Source: the human T2T-CHM13v2.0 reference genome, Homo sapiens
NCBI RefSeq assembly: GCF_009914755.1
Contig: NC_060942.1
DNA length: 64,000 nucleotides
Reading direction: 5' to 3' (one strand)
Below the pieces are notes generated by a model, which was not told the origin of the DNA, did no database searches, and worked only from the letters and a program-made list of their open reading frames with translations. Below, one piece after another: positions 50,523-64,000 of the stretch. The position numbers were made by a program, and so were the translations under genes. Each line of letters starts with the position of its first letter. The first letter of the stretch is position 1.

Positions 50523-52324
50523 CCCAACGGGAGGTGTTACGTGGCGCGCGACCGTGCTCAATATTAGAAGTAAGATGCCTTGGACACAGTAATATCCCTC
50601 TCATTTTACAGTATTTCTATCCCTCCTCAGTCTCTGCTACAGTTAATTAGATACAATTTTGTTTAATTATGTGAACCTTCTTGGGTCCCATGGCTGGCCC
50701 CACCCTGGCCTCTCCCTAAGGGCGTGGAGGTGGCCTGATCTCACTGCCTGCGTCAGGGACTCAGATTCAAAGACTGAACCTACATGGGTGTCTTGGGGAA
50801 CAGAGACTTGGATTCCAGTGCTGGTGTCTCTTCCAACAAGAATACTTTCTTGAGGAGCACAGATGCAGTTCCAAGGACCTAGGCACCTCCTCATGGTGCC
50901 TTCCACCTGCAATTCCCGTCCTGGGCAGCAGAAGTTGCCCTGCCCCAAGTTCTGACAGCCCAAAACCCGGCAGGACCCTCCTAGTACAGGCGCCTCGACC
51001 CAACTGTGCCAGCACAACCATCCCAGCCCTCCTCGGATGCCCAGTTCGCCAGAGGAAGGGTCTCTCTGTTTCCCCACCTATTGCTCTTGAGTTTTTATGA
51101 TGAAGGAAAAAGAAAGGAAACATGGGCCCCTAATTTCCCACACAGATGCAGGGCAGAGTTCACACGGCTTCTCAGGGGCCTGCATCTCAGAAGATGGGCA
51201 GCTCTCGGCCAGTCACCCTGGCCTGGGATGGCCGGGGTACAGCAAGTGACAGGCATGTGGGAGAGACAAGCCCACGAGATGGGCTTGCGGGGAAGTCAGG
51301 CGGGTGCAATCCCTACCGTTTCCCCACGTTCGTGAGGGAGGTGTGGACTTGCTGGGGCATCTGAACACAAGAGTGACCTGGGGGGTGAATGCAGACATGG
51401 GAAGAGTAGTGCTCATCCCAGCAGAGGCAGCAAGGTAGGCGTTGCCCAGCCCGGGGTTGCCTGACACTCTCTGGGGCAGAGAACCCAGTTCTAGGGGCTG
51501 CCCACGTGTCACTTCCACCCCAGATCTGGCTTCATGGCCTGGTTGTGATTCACCCTGTATTTATACAACACTACAGCAGTTACCAGAGAGCACAACTGTA
51601 ATTGAAACAACCAGAAATAACCGTTGGCAGAAAAGCCCATATTTAGAGCAGACCTCCTTCAGCAATTCCCATGGCCAGCATTCAAGGCCAAATTTTGCCA
51701 ACACATCAAACCAACCGTTTTCTTCTTTCTTTTTAAAGGAGATCACAGAAGGCCAACAAAGAGGCCTGGGGCACGTCAACGTGGTCCTCATCGGACTGGC
51801 CAATGGTTCCTTCCTAACTCAACCAAGGGCCACTGCGCCACCGCAGCTGTGGGACCGTATCTCTGGATGATAAGCTGAGTCCAACACAAACACAACAGTA
51901 AGCCTTTCTAGCAGAGGATGCTAGGCAGTTGCTCCTGGGGCTCCTCAAGGGGCCAGCATGAAATACCAATGGGCAAAACACCTTTTTCTTCTGAGTCTAC
52001 CACGAGGACAGCTAACTCCAGATGTCTTCTCTTACCCGCTAACTGACACCACGTCAGGAGCCCACCAGGCCAGGCAGGTCACCCTGGCCCCACAGTCCTC
52101 CCTGCCTGGCGCACAGACCCTCTGGACAAAAACAGCTTCAAGCACGTCCCCTGGGAGTCCCCCGTCCGTCGTTGAGGCTGTTCTTTCATCTCCCAGATGA
52201 GACCCGACCTCTCCTTCCAGAGAGAAGGTCAAGCACCAAGCAGAACTCGATCAGTTTTTAAACACCTAGATAGAGGCTCAAAGGCAAATGAAATACTGCT
52301 GTCAGAAGAATTTTTAAACAGCTG

Positions 52325-52500
52325 GTTTGAAATACCATGTAGGATATGATTTATCTACCAAAGAGCTCATTCTCTTAAAGTGTACAATTCAGTGTTTTTT
52401 AGTATATTCAGTGTTGTGTAACCACCACCACCACCTAATTCTGGAACACTTCATCACCCCAAAAAGAAACCCCAAACCCATTAGTCACTCCCCATCCCAA
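52325..52500 (-). mobile_element. Old L1M 3' end fragment
   Basis: ttaaagtgtacaattcagtgttttttagtatattc...ctggaacacttcatcaccccaaaaagaaaccc. Confidence 0.75.
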
Positions 52501-54875
52501 GGATATGACTTTCAAGAGGTTCCCAGATTACTCCAGGGTCTATTCGTACAACTTACAAGCAAAAGTGAGCACAGATTCTTAATCTCTCCTTTTATTATAA
52601 GGGTCATGTATCATATACACCATTCTACCCCATGTTTTCTGCTTAATATCGTCAAGAGCCTGGATTTTAAAAAAGAAACGACCCAAGCCACCTTCTGGCC
52701 ATTTCTAAGAAGCTGTCCTGTGCACCGGCAAACAATCCGGGCTCAGGTGGATGAACCCACCAGAGGCCAGAGGAGGGTGCTGAGGGCAAAGCCTCCTGGG
52801 ATGGGCAAACTCTGGCAGGCCTGAGAGGGCTTCTGTGTACACTGCCTCTCGTCCAGAGTCTGTTCCCAGTGGGCACTCTGCAGTCCAAGGAGGTGTCCCT
52901 TTAGGCCTCTGACCTGTATAATGGGCCTGGTGTGCACAGGCCCATGATTCCACCCATGAGCGCCTGAGCACACAGCTGCTTCTCCACCTGTAAGTCCAGC
53001 TGTGGGGAGGAGGCATGGAAGCAGGCCCAGACACGGATCCTGGTCTGTCACCTGATGGCCACGTGGCTCTGAAAAGTCACACGGCCTCTCCAGGATTCAG
53101 TTCTGTCCTATATAAAAAAGGCAGCCACCCCTACCTCTGAGAGGAGGTATTGGAGACCATGGATTTGAGGAGTGGAGGGCAGGCGGGCAGCTGTTGGGGG
53201 CTTAGGAAGCCTACAGAGACAACGCCTCTGACTCCTCTGTGAGGCCCTGCAGCCCCTGGAACTCTTTCTTGGTCTCCAGGCAATCAACAAAATCACCATC
53301 CACGAGCAGGAAACAGAGCTCATTAAATCCCAGCCTGAAACAACAGATCCAGAACCTATTTGCCCAAATTCTCTGTGAAATGTGCAGGGTTTCTGCATCT
53401 CCCTCCACCTATAGCCCTGGGAACGACCCACCAGGGGCCAGACATTCTGGAGGCTCCATTAGACTCCTCTCATCCAACGGTAAAACAACTGTGGCAGGGC
53501 CAGCGTGTGAGAATTCACTGGCTCCGTAACACCAGGTGGATGAGTATTTTAACAGTAACAAAGGGTAAAGCAGAAGTTATTTTAATTTCAGAAGTGCCTG
53601 GCAATAGGCAGGAAGGTCAGTGAAGGCTTATTCAAGGGTTTCAGCAGCATATTCCAGGTAACTAGAAGATCCAGAGCTGATCACCTGTTAACCTCAAACC
53701 GGCCACCTCCCCAGGACCTGCAGGAGAAAATGTCGGGGCAGCAGCTGCCCAGATGCGTGGCCACAGCCCAGGCCTGGCAGAGCTACATGAGGCGATGCCT
53801 TTGTAAAATTCTCTTCTTTCTTTTTTTCCTCTGCTCTGTATGGTTCTTTGGGCTTTATCAACCTAGAGGAAAACGCCACTCAGATTGGGATGGAGTCATT
53901 ACTCAAAACACTCTGAGTGCCGACCACAGCTCACCACCAGGAGCCCCCATGTGTGTCCCTGGGCAATGAGATGGAGAGACATAAATTTTCTGCCACAGAT
54001 GATAGATTGCAGGCAGCTCAGACATATGAATTTCTACTGGTTCTTTTATCTGCTCACAAGAAATTTTCTTGAAAAATGTTTAAATCATTTAGGTTTTGGT
54101 CTATAAGAAAACCAAGTCTACAAGGGCATATGCCACAATTTAAATATATTTGTCAGACACCTAAGTGGGACCCTTGGACTTGGCCCAGCTGGGTTTTTGG
54201 TTCCTCGCCTGTAAAGAAGAAAGCTAGATTGGAGGACCTTTAAAACTCCTTCAATTTCAAATTCCTATGATTTTGATACAGCAGGAGACTCAATGTTTAT
54301 TAACTAAATGTGCTTAGATGTATACGTGTGATAATGAGGGTAGCCAGAAAGAATCATGTGTTGGGAAAACTGTTTAGGTTAGAAAAGACTTGTTCCAAGA
54401 TAGGGATTTATTTCCTAACGCTGACAAACCAGCCTCCAAAGCCAAATCTAAAATTGGTCAAAGGTGTCCAACTCCACCTTGATGATTCTGAACATCAAAA
54501 ACGTGTACTTTCATGTTTTCAATGTACAAGAAGGTCAGCGTTAACCACAAGAAGTTTCCATTTGATCATTAAGGAGTCACTAAAAACCCTAGAAGGTGTT
54601 GGGGTCACAAGACCAGACTGCGCATTCTCTACGAGACATGATATGACAGTGACCCCTTCGTTCATTCCTGAGAAGCAAGAACATCAATGAACACTCTCCT
54701 TCGGTGGTCTCTGAGTCGTCCCTGAGGTGGGGTGCAGTGCAGGCAGAGGGGCCTTCTGGCCTCAGCTCCAGCTCAAGGGGGTCTTGTTTAGCTGCCACTT
54801 GGGAGCAGATCTGTTTTGGAGCCCTTAGGTGAGGCCTCAACTGAATGCCAACCCTAACTGAAGCCACTGCCCAGT

Positions 54876-55030
54876 GGGAGCCCAGGGGACGGGGGAGAGC
54901 AGGTGCCACGGCGGGAGCCCAGGGGACGGGGGAGAGCAGGTGCCACGGCGGGAGCCCAGGGGACGGGGGAGAGCAGGTGCCACGGCGGGAGCCCAGGGGA
55001 TGGGGGAGAGCAGGTGCCACGGCGGGAGCC
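54876..55030. repeat. GC-rich minisatellite, 4.2 x 37 bp, near-perfect
   Basis: Unit gggagcccaggggacgggggagagcaggtgccacggc, with one C>T change in copy 3. Confidence 0.96.
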
Positions 55031-55959
55031 TGAAGCTCCACAATTGCCAAGGCAGCCCCAGGGACCTGTGTGGGGCTGTCATGACACATTGAAGGGTACA
55101 CTGTACTTTCTGAACCTTACTGTGGTCCAGAACACCAAAGACAAGGAGGGAAGAATGATAAGAGTGAAAGAAAAGCACACCTGGCCTGGAGATGAGGGTC
55201 AACCAGTCCCAAATCTCCACTGTTCATTATCTCCTCCTCACAGTCCCCACGCTGTGGGCAGGGACCCTCCTGGCTCGCCGGCCGTGGGAGCTGGGCTGTC
55301 AGTCCTCCCCTCACTCCTGTGTGGAGGGCGGAGGAGAGGTGTCTGCAGGGGAGCTGCTTGGCAGCAACTTCTGGTGGATGAAGCACCAATGTGTCCAAGT
55401 CCTCCTGGCCCCTGCTGCCAACATGTCAACACATCACAGAAGACTGACATCTCAAGACAGAACTTGCTTCCTAGTTCAGAAAGGCCCCAAGCAGATGGTG
55501 GCTTAGGTCTCTGAGCTGTACTCTTTCTTAGGGTAATTTAACTCGGAGACCCACCTGAAGCCCAAGAGGCACAGCCCCTCCTCAGCACTGATGCCAGTAT
55601 CACAGAAGGCTCGCTCCTGACCCTGACGTCCTCCCCACTCCAGGTCCTAGGAGCCTGTGGCCTGGGGTGTGGTCAGTACACAGGCGCTGGGAGAAGCAGC
55701 CAGGGGAGGAGGGTCGGCCTCACGCATGGCCTGGGGAAGGGTCCAGGAGCTCCCCAGAGACTCAACAAACTCCATCAGCAAGGGAAAATTCTTTCATGCT
55801 TTCTGAAAAAGTGTAATCCCTCACCCTTTGATTTGAAATTTCTAGCAAGACCATAGATATATCAGTTATAAACATGCCCCAAGGACATTTTGTAGAAATT
55901 TATACTTTTAGGTACAGAGCTGTTTTTTGGAGTCTGGCTTCAATGCAACAAAAATACAA

Positions 55960-56130
55960 AATGCTTTAATGGGTACAGAGTTTCAGTTTGGGAAGATTAA
56001 AACATTCTGGAGACAGATGATGGCGATGTTTGTACAATGTACCTAATGTACTTAATGCCCCTAAACTATATACCTAAAGATTGTCAAAATAGAACATTCT
56101 ACATTACATATATTTTACCAGTATAAAAAG
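55960..56130 (+). mobile_element. Old L1M 3' end fragment
   Basis: tttaatgggtacagagtttcagtttgggaagattaaaacattctggag...tatattttacca. Confidence 0.75.
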
Positions 56131-58005
56131 TAAGTCATTAATATTTGATACTGGTTAATGTCTTGGTGTTGACACTTTGCTCCACCCAGCATGTGGCTCC
56201 GAGTGGAACTGCTGAGGAGTGCTGGCAGGAAGTACTGGCAGGAAGGCGGGAATGCCCAGCATCCCTGCCACACACCATCATGAGGAGTAAACGGCTCCAA
56301 CTCCAACAGCACCTCTCACCCCAACTCTGCCTGTGTGTGTCAAGTGCCACAAAAACAGTCGGGATTTCTGGAAGCCTGAGTACAGGTGGGATGTGCTGCA
56401 CATGGTGACCTCCAGGCTGAATCATTTTCCAACAGGAGGGGATGGAAAGTACAGAGATATGGGGCAAAAACAGGAAAAGAAACTGCTGTGCAAGAGGAAA
56501 TCCAAATCTTGCTTACGTTTCTGGAAAAGAAAAAAGTTCACAGTGGAAATTTTTATGTCTCTGGACTCCAAACTAATATAGGTATACAATTTCTACAACG
56601 AGCTACTTTTCATTAGTGTATATTGAACAGGGATCCTCCTGGCCACAGAAAACAACACGGCCTTAATGTGACAGCGCCACTCAATCCATCCTCGGTGCTG
56701 AGCACAAGCAAGCGAAATGTGAATTCATTAGTGTGAGGTGCGTGCCTGTCGCTACCTCTGCATCCTCTACGTAAATAAAGGTGCCAAATGGGCCCTAACT
56801 CATGGATACATGAACTAAATTTCAAACTTTAGCTGAGAACTTATTCACAATGTTTGACCTTTCTTGAAGCCTCAGTGTCATCATGTATAAAAGGAGGAAA
56901 CTTATACAACTTGGTTTATTGTGAGAGTCACACGATAATTTTAGAAATCCTTGGTTAGCAGTAGAACATTACGTGTTTCTGAGAACATTCTAAATGTTCT
57001 CAGGCAGAGGTTCATAAACGTCAACGTGCATGAGCTATGGACATTCACCCCCCCGAGATCTTAGTTCCGTGGGGTAGGGGTGAGCTCTGGACTTTGCATA
57101 TTTCATAATCCTGGCTCCAAAATACTAGTGCAGGAGGATCCTAGGCCACGTGGGGAATTATTTCTAAGGGTTCCTGAAGTAACAATGGTAACAGAGGTGA
57201 ATTTTAGGAAGTAAAGGATGTGAACTAGGAAAGAGATGGACATAACTGAGGGGGGAAATGATACCCATGGGAACAGAGAAACCTGCGTGTGAGGTGTCAG
57301 CATGAGGAGACCAGGGGCTCAAGTGAGCCCCTCCGAGGGGATGGCTGTGCTGCAGCAGAGATATGACTAGAGACAACCCTCCTGGGCCGACTGCTAGAGA
57401 ACAGCAGCGCCACTGTTGCGTCTCACTGTGTGGCTGGGGAATAAAACGGCAGGAGGAGGAGGGGACAGGAAACCAGCTCTGCCAGCCAGAGTCCCACCTT
57501 GGACTACGAATCACTTGAGCTCGAGATGATCATTGGCCTAATATGAAAAGAAAGCCCCAACCTGTGCCTCCACGCTTGGCCTCAGTTCCATCAAACTGCA
57601 CCCACACAAATGTGTTAATCATCACACAAGCCACTCTGACATGACAGAAACAATGACATGGCCATTTTTACCACACAACACTCTGGCCAACTGACAGGTA
57701 CAATCTGCTCACGGGCAGCATCCTTTTTGCTAGACTTGAACTCTGCAGACCTGCAGCTCCTCATCCACCGAGGCCAGGCTGACAGGAGCGTCCATGAATA
57801 CAAAATGCCAGGTGCTTGGAGCAGGCGGGAATCCCTGTTCCCAGGGTGGGCAGCCATGTACCTGGCCCCCCTCGGTGCTATTCCGGCAGGAAAGCAGCCT
57901 CCCCCTGCACCTCAGGCCAGACCCTTGCCGGCCTTCACTGCAGCATTCAAGAGGGAAAATTCAAAGATCAGGAGTTCCTGTCCCACACAATAAGAGTCTT
58001 CAAAG

Positions 58006-58007
<2 letters not shown>

Positions 58008-58043
<36 letters not shown>

Positions 58044-58350
58044 TTTTTTTTCTTTTTTTTTCTGACCAGGTGCGATGGCTCCATAATCTCAGCACTTTGG
58101 GAGGCTGAGGTGGACGGATCACCTGAGGTCAGGAGTTCCAGACTGGCCAAAATGGTGAAACCCTGTCTCTACTAAAAATACAAAAAAATCAGCCAGGCGT
58201 GGTGGCGCGTGCCTGTAGTCCCAGCTACTCAGGAGGCTGAGGCAGGAGAATCGCTTGAACCTGGGAGGTGGCCGTGTCAGTGAGCTGAGATGGCACCAGT
58301 GCACTCCAGCCTGGGCAACAGAGCGAGACTCCATCTCAAGAAAAAAAAAA
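58008..58350 (+). mobile_element. (TA)n microsatellite followed by an AluS-type element (58063-58350)
   Basis: ~13 TA units at ~58010-58035, then gaccaggtgcgatggctccataatctcagcactttgggaggctgagg...aaaa. Confidence 0.9.
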
Positions 58351-59349
58351 GTAAACTTTTTTTTTTTAAAGTAAAAAAGAACCAATTCAAACGTTACTCT
58401 AGAGCCCTGCAAAAGAGTGGTCCCCTGGCAATATATATATTTTAGTTCAAAATACTCATACCTTTTAACCCAGCAAGAACATTTCTACCAGTTTCCCTTA
58501 AAGACAGAACCTGACAAGTATTTTAAAATATACAACATAGTTTATAATAAAATTGTAACAATTTAAATAACAATTAATAAGGACTTGGTTATACTTTGTT
58601 AGAGCTGTGTAACTGATATGTCCACCATTGATGTATGTCTACATACATCTACAAAAAGACAAAAAATATGGTGGTAGGTTAAAATAATTGCTATGCCATG
58701 TATATTATGACCCTGTTTGTGTAAAACTACGTCCAACTAACCACGTCTACAGTGAGAGGCCTGGAATGATTCTGCCAAAATGCAAAAGTCATTGCCTCGG
58801 GGTGGTGGGATTGCTTCCATGTCATCCAAATCTTGTTTTACAAATATGTTTTAAACAGAAGAGCTTTTTTAAAAACAACAAAGTTTTATGAAGAATTTAA
58901 TGATGGATATGCTTATGATATGTTAGGTCTTTAAAGATAATCCAAATTATAAATACATTATGGGTTTAAATTTAAGAAAAGTAAGAAAATCACAGACTCC
59001 AAGCAATATAAACTCTCACCATTTACATACAAGGTGTTTTGCTGGGACTACAGGAGAATACAAGTTAGTCATCTGTTTCCCTCTCTGTTCCCATTGGCTC
59101 AATTGGAAGAGAATCAAGGCAGAGAGCAGGGCGGCTGCTCACAGCGCCTGCAGGGCTCGGCTTCATGTGGGCGCCCTGGAGGACAACCCTGGATTCTTCT
59201 GGAGGGGGGCCTCTGGCTCTGTTTCTTTTTGACAAGCTACATCAGCACATTTTCTCCTCCCTCAACACACTCCTACTCTAGCGTGAACGCGGCTGCAGGA
59301 ATTTCATCTTCTCCACATTCCCACGGTGGAGTGGGAGACTTTTTTCTTT

Positions 59350-59383
<34 letters not shown>

Positions 59384-60685
59384 AATCCTCCAAACACACA
59401 AACTTCCAGGAATCTGTGGCAATTAAAGCAGCAAACATGTCTCATGGAAAACCTCCTACCCCAGAGGGCAAAGCCCACGTTCTGTCTGTTCCCATAAGCA
59501 CATGGACACAGTGAGGCTAATTCAGCAAAAATATACCTCTTCCCTGCCCCCAAGAAACAAAACCTCAAGCCCCTAGGCGGTGTCCGAGGAAAGAGACTAC
59601 AATGGGGCGTGGAATGCAGAAATTGAATTCTGACGGCTTAACTGAGGGCTTCCTGATGAGCAGTGAACCCTCAATTTAAAAACCAAACATACCTCTAGCT
59701 ATTTCCCTAAGAATCCAAGAAAAACAATTATAAGCAGGATTTCTATGCTTGATACTTGAAAATCCTGCCAGTGTCCATAACAAGATTCTCAATCATTCCA
59801 TACCCCTTCCTTTTTCTAGTAACTCACTTAAGTGAAATCAGAGCAAAATACACCCCATCGGGCAAATTCTGATAAATCAAATAGTTTACAACTGTGTTCT
59901 CCTCATTCTAGGAACCCAAAAGAATGCCCAGAATGCCAAGAACAGTGAACAGCCATACGCAAACGGGCAATACTGATGTTAGCTTTAAAAGTAAGGAGTT
60001 CAGAGTGCTCTGTGCTGAACATCTTTCGGTGTAATTAAGCCTTCATATTCCTGAGGAGGAGCTACTAAGACACCCTACCAAGTCCTGGGCTGTGCCTGGA
60101 GGTGAGTAACCACACTGCAGGGTATGCTAGCATTTGCAGAGTTTATTTGATGGATAAGCAGGGAAAAGTTACTGTTTGCACTTCCTGTTTATCCTGCTAA
60201 AAATAGAGATGCTCCAAGTATCAACTTGGTTGTGCATTCTCTGGCAAGGGCCAGCTTCCCAAAACATTCCTGCACCCTTGGGGAGGCAGGGGAACAGAGA
60301 AGCGGGTCCTTAACACTTAACACATTCTGTATTTACAACCTAAATACGCAGACTCAAGTCCAGACCCTCTCATCGTGGCCAATCCATTCTGGTAACTGCT
60401 GTTCTTCTCACTTAAATGGGCACAGCGATACAGAGAAGGGCAAAGACAGCTGTCATGTGTCCAAGGGAAAAGCCCATGGCTTTTCACAGTCCCTGGCCAG
60501 ATGCAGCAGAAGCCTAGCAAATAAAGAAGAAAGGCAGTGAAGGCCTAAGGCTGGGTCCTTTTGCCCCCAAATGCCATGTAGTCGTTGAGAGAACGTCCGG
60601 AGAGAACGTCCGGATCATCCCAGGAGAATGAAAAACAAGTCATTCCTGGCCTGTCGTCTGAGCCTCAAATGCAGCCTCTCTGCAA

Positions 60686-60998
60686 GTGGGGCTCTTAACC
60701 TGGTATAAGCCGAGAGCCCTTTAGCAATCTGATGATGCTAGGGAACACCTTTCTCAAAATAACGTTCCTAAAGGCATAAAATAAAGCACAGGGGATTATA
60801 GAGGAAATTATTTTGAAGACAATTATCAGAATAGTAAAACAAATGTGTGACAGATTACTTTTCTTATTCATGCATTAAATAACAATATGTACCGTTGTTT
60901 TTAAATAATGATTACTGTAAATGATATTTAGGATATTGGAATGCAACTACCACAGGATATGAAAATATCTCATTTTTATTGGTAACAAAGTGACAGGC
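60686..60998 (+). mobile_element. MER119-like hAT-Charlie remnant
   Basis: ggggctcttaacc...ccctttagcaatctgatga...ttctcaaaataacg...atgcattaaataaca...gatatgaaaatatct...tattggtaacaaagtgacagg. Confidence 0.65.
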
Positions 60999-61334
60999 CC
61001 AGCTAGTCCCATTGGGCTGTGCTGAGTGCCTTCCCAGTGAGGACAGGGAGACAGCTGGGGATGCCACACTCCTGTGCCCACCTGGGGCACTCACCAGGCT
61101 TGGAGCCCTCTCAGAGAAGCACAGGAAGTTTCCTATTACCAGGGGAAGAGAGGATTTTTTTTTAAAGTTTTGAACAAATATGTTTATTAAAAAGTCAAAG
61201 TATTCACATATGGAGAATGGCTGAATTTTGGAAATAAAGGCTGGAGATAAACCCAGAAAACCTTACCCAGGGCCATGGCTCAGATCCAGGGGTCTGATCA
61301 TCAGCCTGTCCGCCCTGGTAAGGTAGACAGTCCT

Positions 61335-62070
61335 TTCTATTTTTAACAGCTTTATTCCGAAATAATTCACATAAACTTCACCCATTTAAAGTGTAGAATT
61401 CAATGGTTGTTGGTATTTATGCAAATCTCTAGTTCTAGAACATTTCTATCACTCCAGAAAGAAACCCCCTCCCTCCCAATTCTCCCCACCTCTCAGCCCC
61501 TGGCAACCATGAGTCTATGGATTTGCCCATTCTGGACTTTTCACATTACAGAGGATTCTTGTCACGTGTAGTAGTTTGTTCTCTAAAGTTGACATGGTCA
61601 CTGAATTACTGAGCATAGAACCATTGCTTCCGGGGGACACAGGGTTAGGTTCCTGTTAGCCTCTGGTCACAACATTTCATCAATACACAGTCCTTGAATA
61701 ATGAGAATCAACTTCCAAAGTCATCATACAATATGGGAACTTTTATGTCCGGCTTCTCTCACTCTTAAACATACGGTTTCTGAGGTTCATCCATCTGTAG
61801 CATGTGTCAGCGCATCATTTTTCATGGCTCGATAACATTCCACTGCATGACTAGACACACACGCACATGCGCACACTTTTTTATCCATTTATCAGCTGAT
61901 GGACGCGTGGGCTGTTCTCGCCTTATGGATATTGTGAATAATGTTACTATGAACATTCGTGTACTTTTTGTGTGGGTGCATTTTTCCATGTGCTAGTATT
62001 TTGCTGAAGGGTTTTTACATCTACATTCATAAAGGAATGCTGTTCTGTAGTTTATCACTGTGTCTTTGTA
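61335..62070 (-). mobile_element. Old L1M fragments with an embedded MER82/Tigger-like piece (~61575-61690)
   Basis: ttttaacagctttatt..cccatttaaagtgtagaattcaatgg. The insert reads aaccattgcttccgggggacacagggttaggttcctgttagcctctggtcacaacattt. Confidence 0.65.
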
Positions 62071-62109
62071 TGGTTTGGAGGAAGAGATTATTTTAAGCAA
62101 CAGATTAAT

Positions 62110-62426
<317 letters not shown>

Positions 62427-64000
62427 TAAAACATAATTGTGGGTTTATTCCAACATGTATTAGGAGAATGCTGACTTTTCCTCTGTGATAGTAAATTCCC
62501 TCTTAACATATATTTAAATAAAATACGTCCGTGTACAGAAAGTTATTAAGTAAATGACACAGTGGGTACGGCTGCAGTAGAATCTTGAAAATAGCATGAC
62601 CGTGACTGACCCCTCGACACCCCTGCTGCAGTAAAAAGGCTGTGGGATTGAGTGTTGCCTCTCAGGGGCCTCAGCTCTGCCCCAAACGCAAACACACAGA
62701 TTATGAAACATCAGCACAGATTACTATGCAGGGAGGGTGCCTGACTGTGCACCGGAAACAACTGCCCCTGACTGCCACCTGGAATGTCGTCATCTTTACA
62801 GTCAAATCCACTGAGGACAGCGAGAGGCAGCTCTGATTTTCCCAAAGACAGGACCGAGGGGCCAGTGAAGGGCTTGTCATCAGCAGATGTCGCTGTTAAG
62901 CTCTGACAACAACCCCAGAGACAGGCACTACCACCCGTGCCACAGATGAGGACGGTAGAGCTCTGCGGGATGAGGCGTGTGTTTGTGTCACAAAGCCAGG
63001 GAGAAGGTGGGGTCTGAGTTCAGGTCTCCCTAGCTCCACACTGTAACATGACAGAGGAAGGCAGGGGCTGCTGGCGACACGCTCACGCTATAACCACGAG
63101 AGACTGAGAAACCCTGAGCCAGCTAGTTAAACTGGGCTACTACTCTGAGGGCAGAGGAAGAAGGAAAAATAAATGATGAAGACTGAACACAGGGCCCCAG
63201 CCAGCAAGCTGGAAAGAGGCAGAGTGTCCGAGCTGCTGCTGGAGGTTAGCACGTTCCCATGGGCAACACACAAGCCCACTTTCTGGTCCCAGCCCAGCTT
63301 TGATGCATCCCCAGTAGAGGGTGCCAAGACGCCTGGGGCCCACCTCCAAAGGGCACAGTGCCTTCTGCTGGCCTTCACCCCAGCTCCACAGTCAGCGGGA
63401 CAAAAAGACTTGTTTCCTGCACGATGGGCAACAAAGCCTGTGCGCACATCTGCAGTTTACACACCTTCTTCACACCATTGCTCACCCCACACCATGTGAG
63501 CAAATGCTGTGACCTGGGATGGCAGGGGCACAGCCAGGAACACACCCCCACCCTACGCTCCTGGTCGGGTGGAGACAGACGGCAAACCAGCTCTGGGAGC
63601 AATGGACAGAGCCCAGAGGAAGCCGAGTAAGAGGACAGAGGACGACAGGCAGAGGGGAACACGGGCTCATCAGATCAAGCAGCTGAGACCAGGCCTTCCT
63701 GAGAAGGCAGCCTGTGAACAGATACAGACACCCAGGCAATGTGAAGGGGTAGAGAGTTCCAGGGCAGGGGGCAGGGGGCACAGGCCTCCATTCCAGGACC
63801 AGCCAAGCAGCAAGCAGCCACTGCAGAGGGCAGCATACAGAGGACCGAGGTGTGGCACGCTGGAGGCTGTGCAGAGCCATGCAGAGACAGCGAGGGTCCT
63901 TGCCCCCAGCAACCCCGAAGGACTGATGTGGAAGCTGAAGCTGAGCCCGTCCCCCAGGCCACTGTGAGGAAGTGACAGCTGTGTTGACTTCTCAGCACCG

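Noticed and set aside
54589-55514. 170-203 aa ORFs with repeated peptides
   Set aside because: Produced by the 37-bp VNTR. The unit is not a multiple of 3 and all frames are open.

Overview
Primate (very likely human, distal 18q23) genomic DNA, not microbial. The window holds three gene-level elements. (1) The 3' end of ADNP2 on +: zinc fingers, an atypical homeodomain and a PxVxL motif, stop at 1266, then 3'UTR. (2) A CpG-island promoter at about 9.9-11.5 kb, consistent with the lncRNA PARD6G-AS1, which I recall is reported as a maternally methylated DMR. (3) The convergent PARD6G gene on -: terminal exon (semi-CRIB + PDZ, 23062..22227), an approximately 2.5 kb 3'UTR containing an inverted Alu pair, and over 40 kb of the preceding intron. 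The rest is Alu, L1, LTR and DNA-transposon remnants (including a MER11 solo LTR with a 6-bp TSD) and several minisatellites. Almost all other ORFs in the track are noise from repeats or GC content. I see no clear-cut novel protein system. The best leads are regulatory or structural: a roughly 20-copy 'fixed core + variable CA spacer' array carrying GATA/GFI1/E-box/Ikaros-like motifs, three LTRs all pointing toward the CpG island, tandem RFX boxes plus ZFP57 motifs in that island, the 3'UTR inverted Alus, a decayed ~60-85 bp repeat and several rearranged repeats. Repeat family names come from remembered consensus sequences, not a search. Boundaries without TSDs are approximate.
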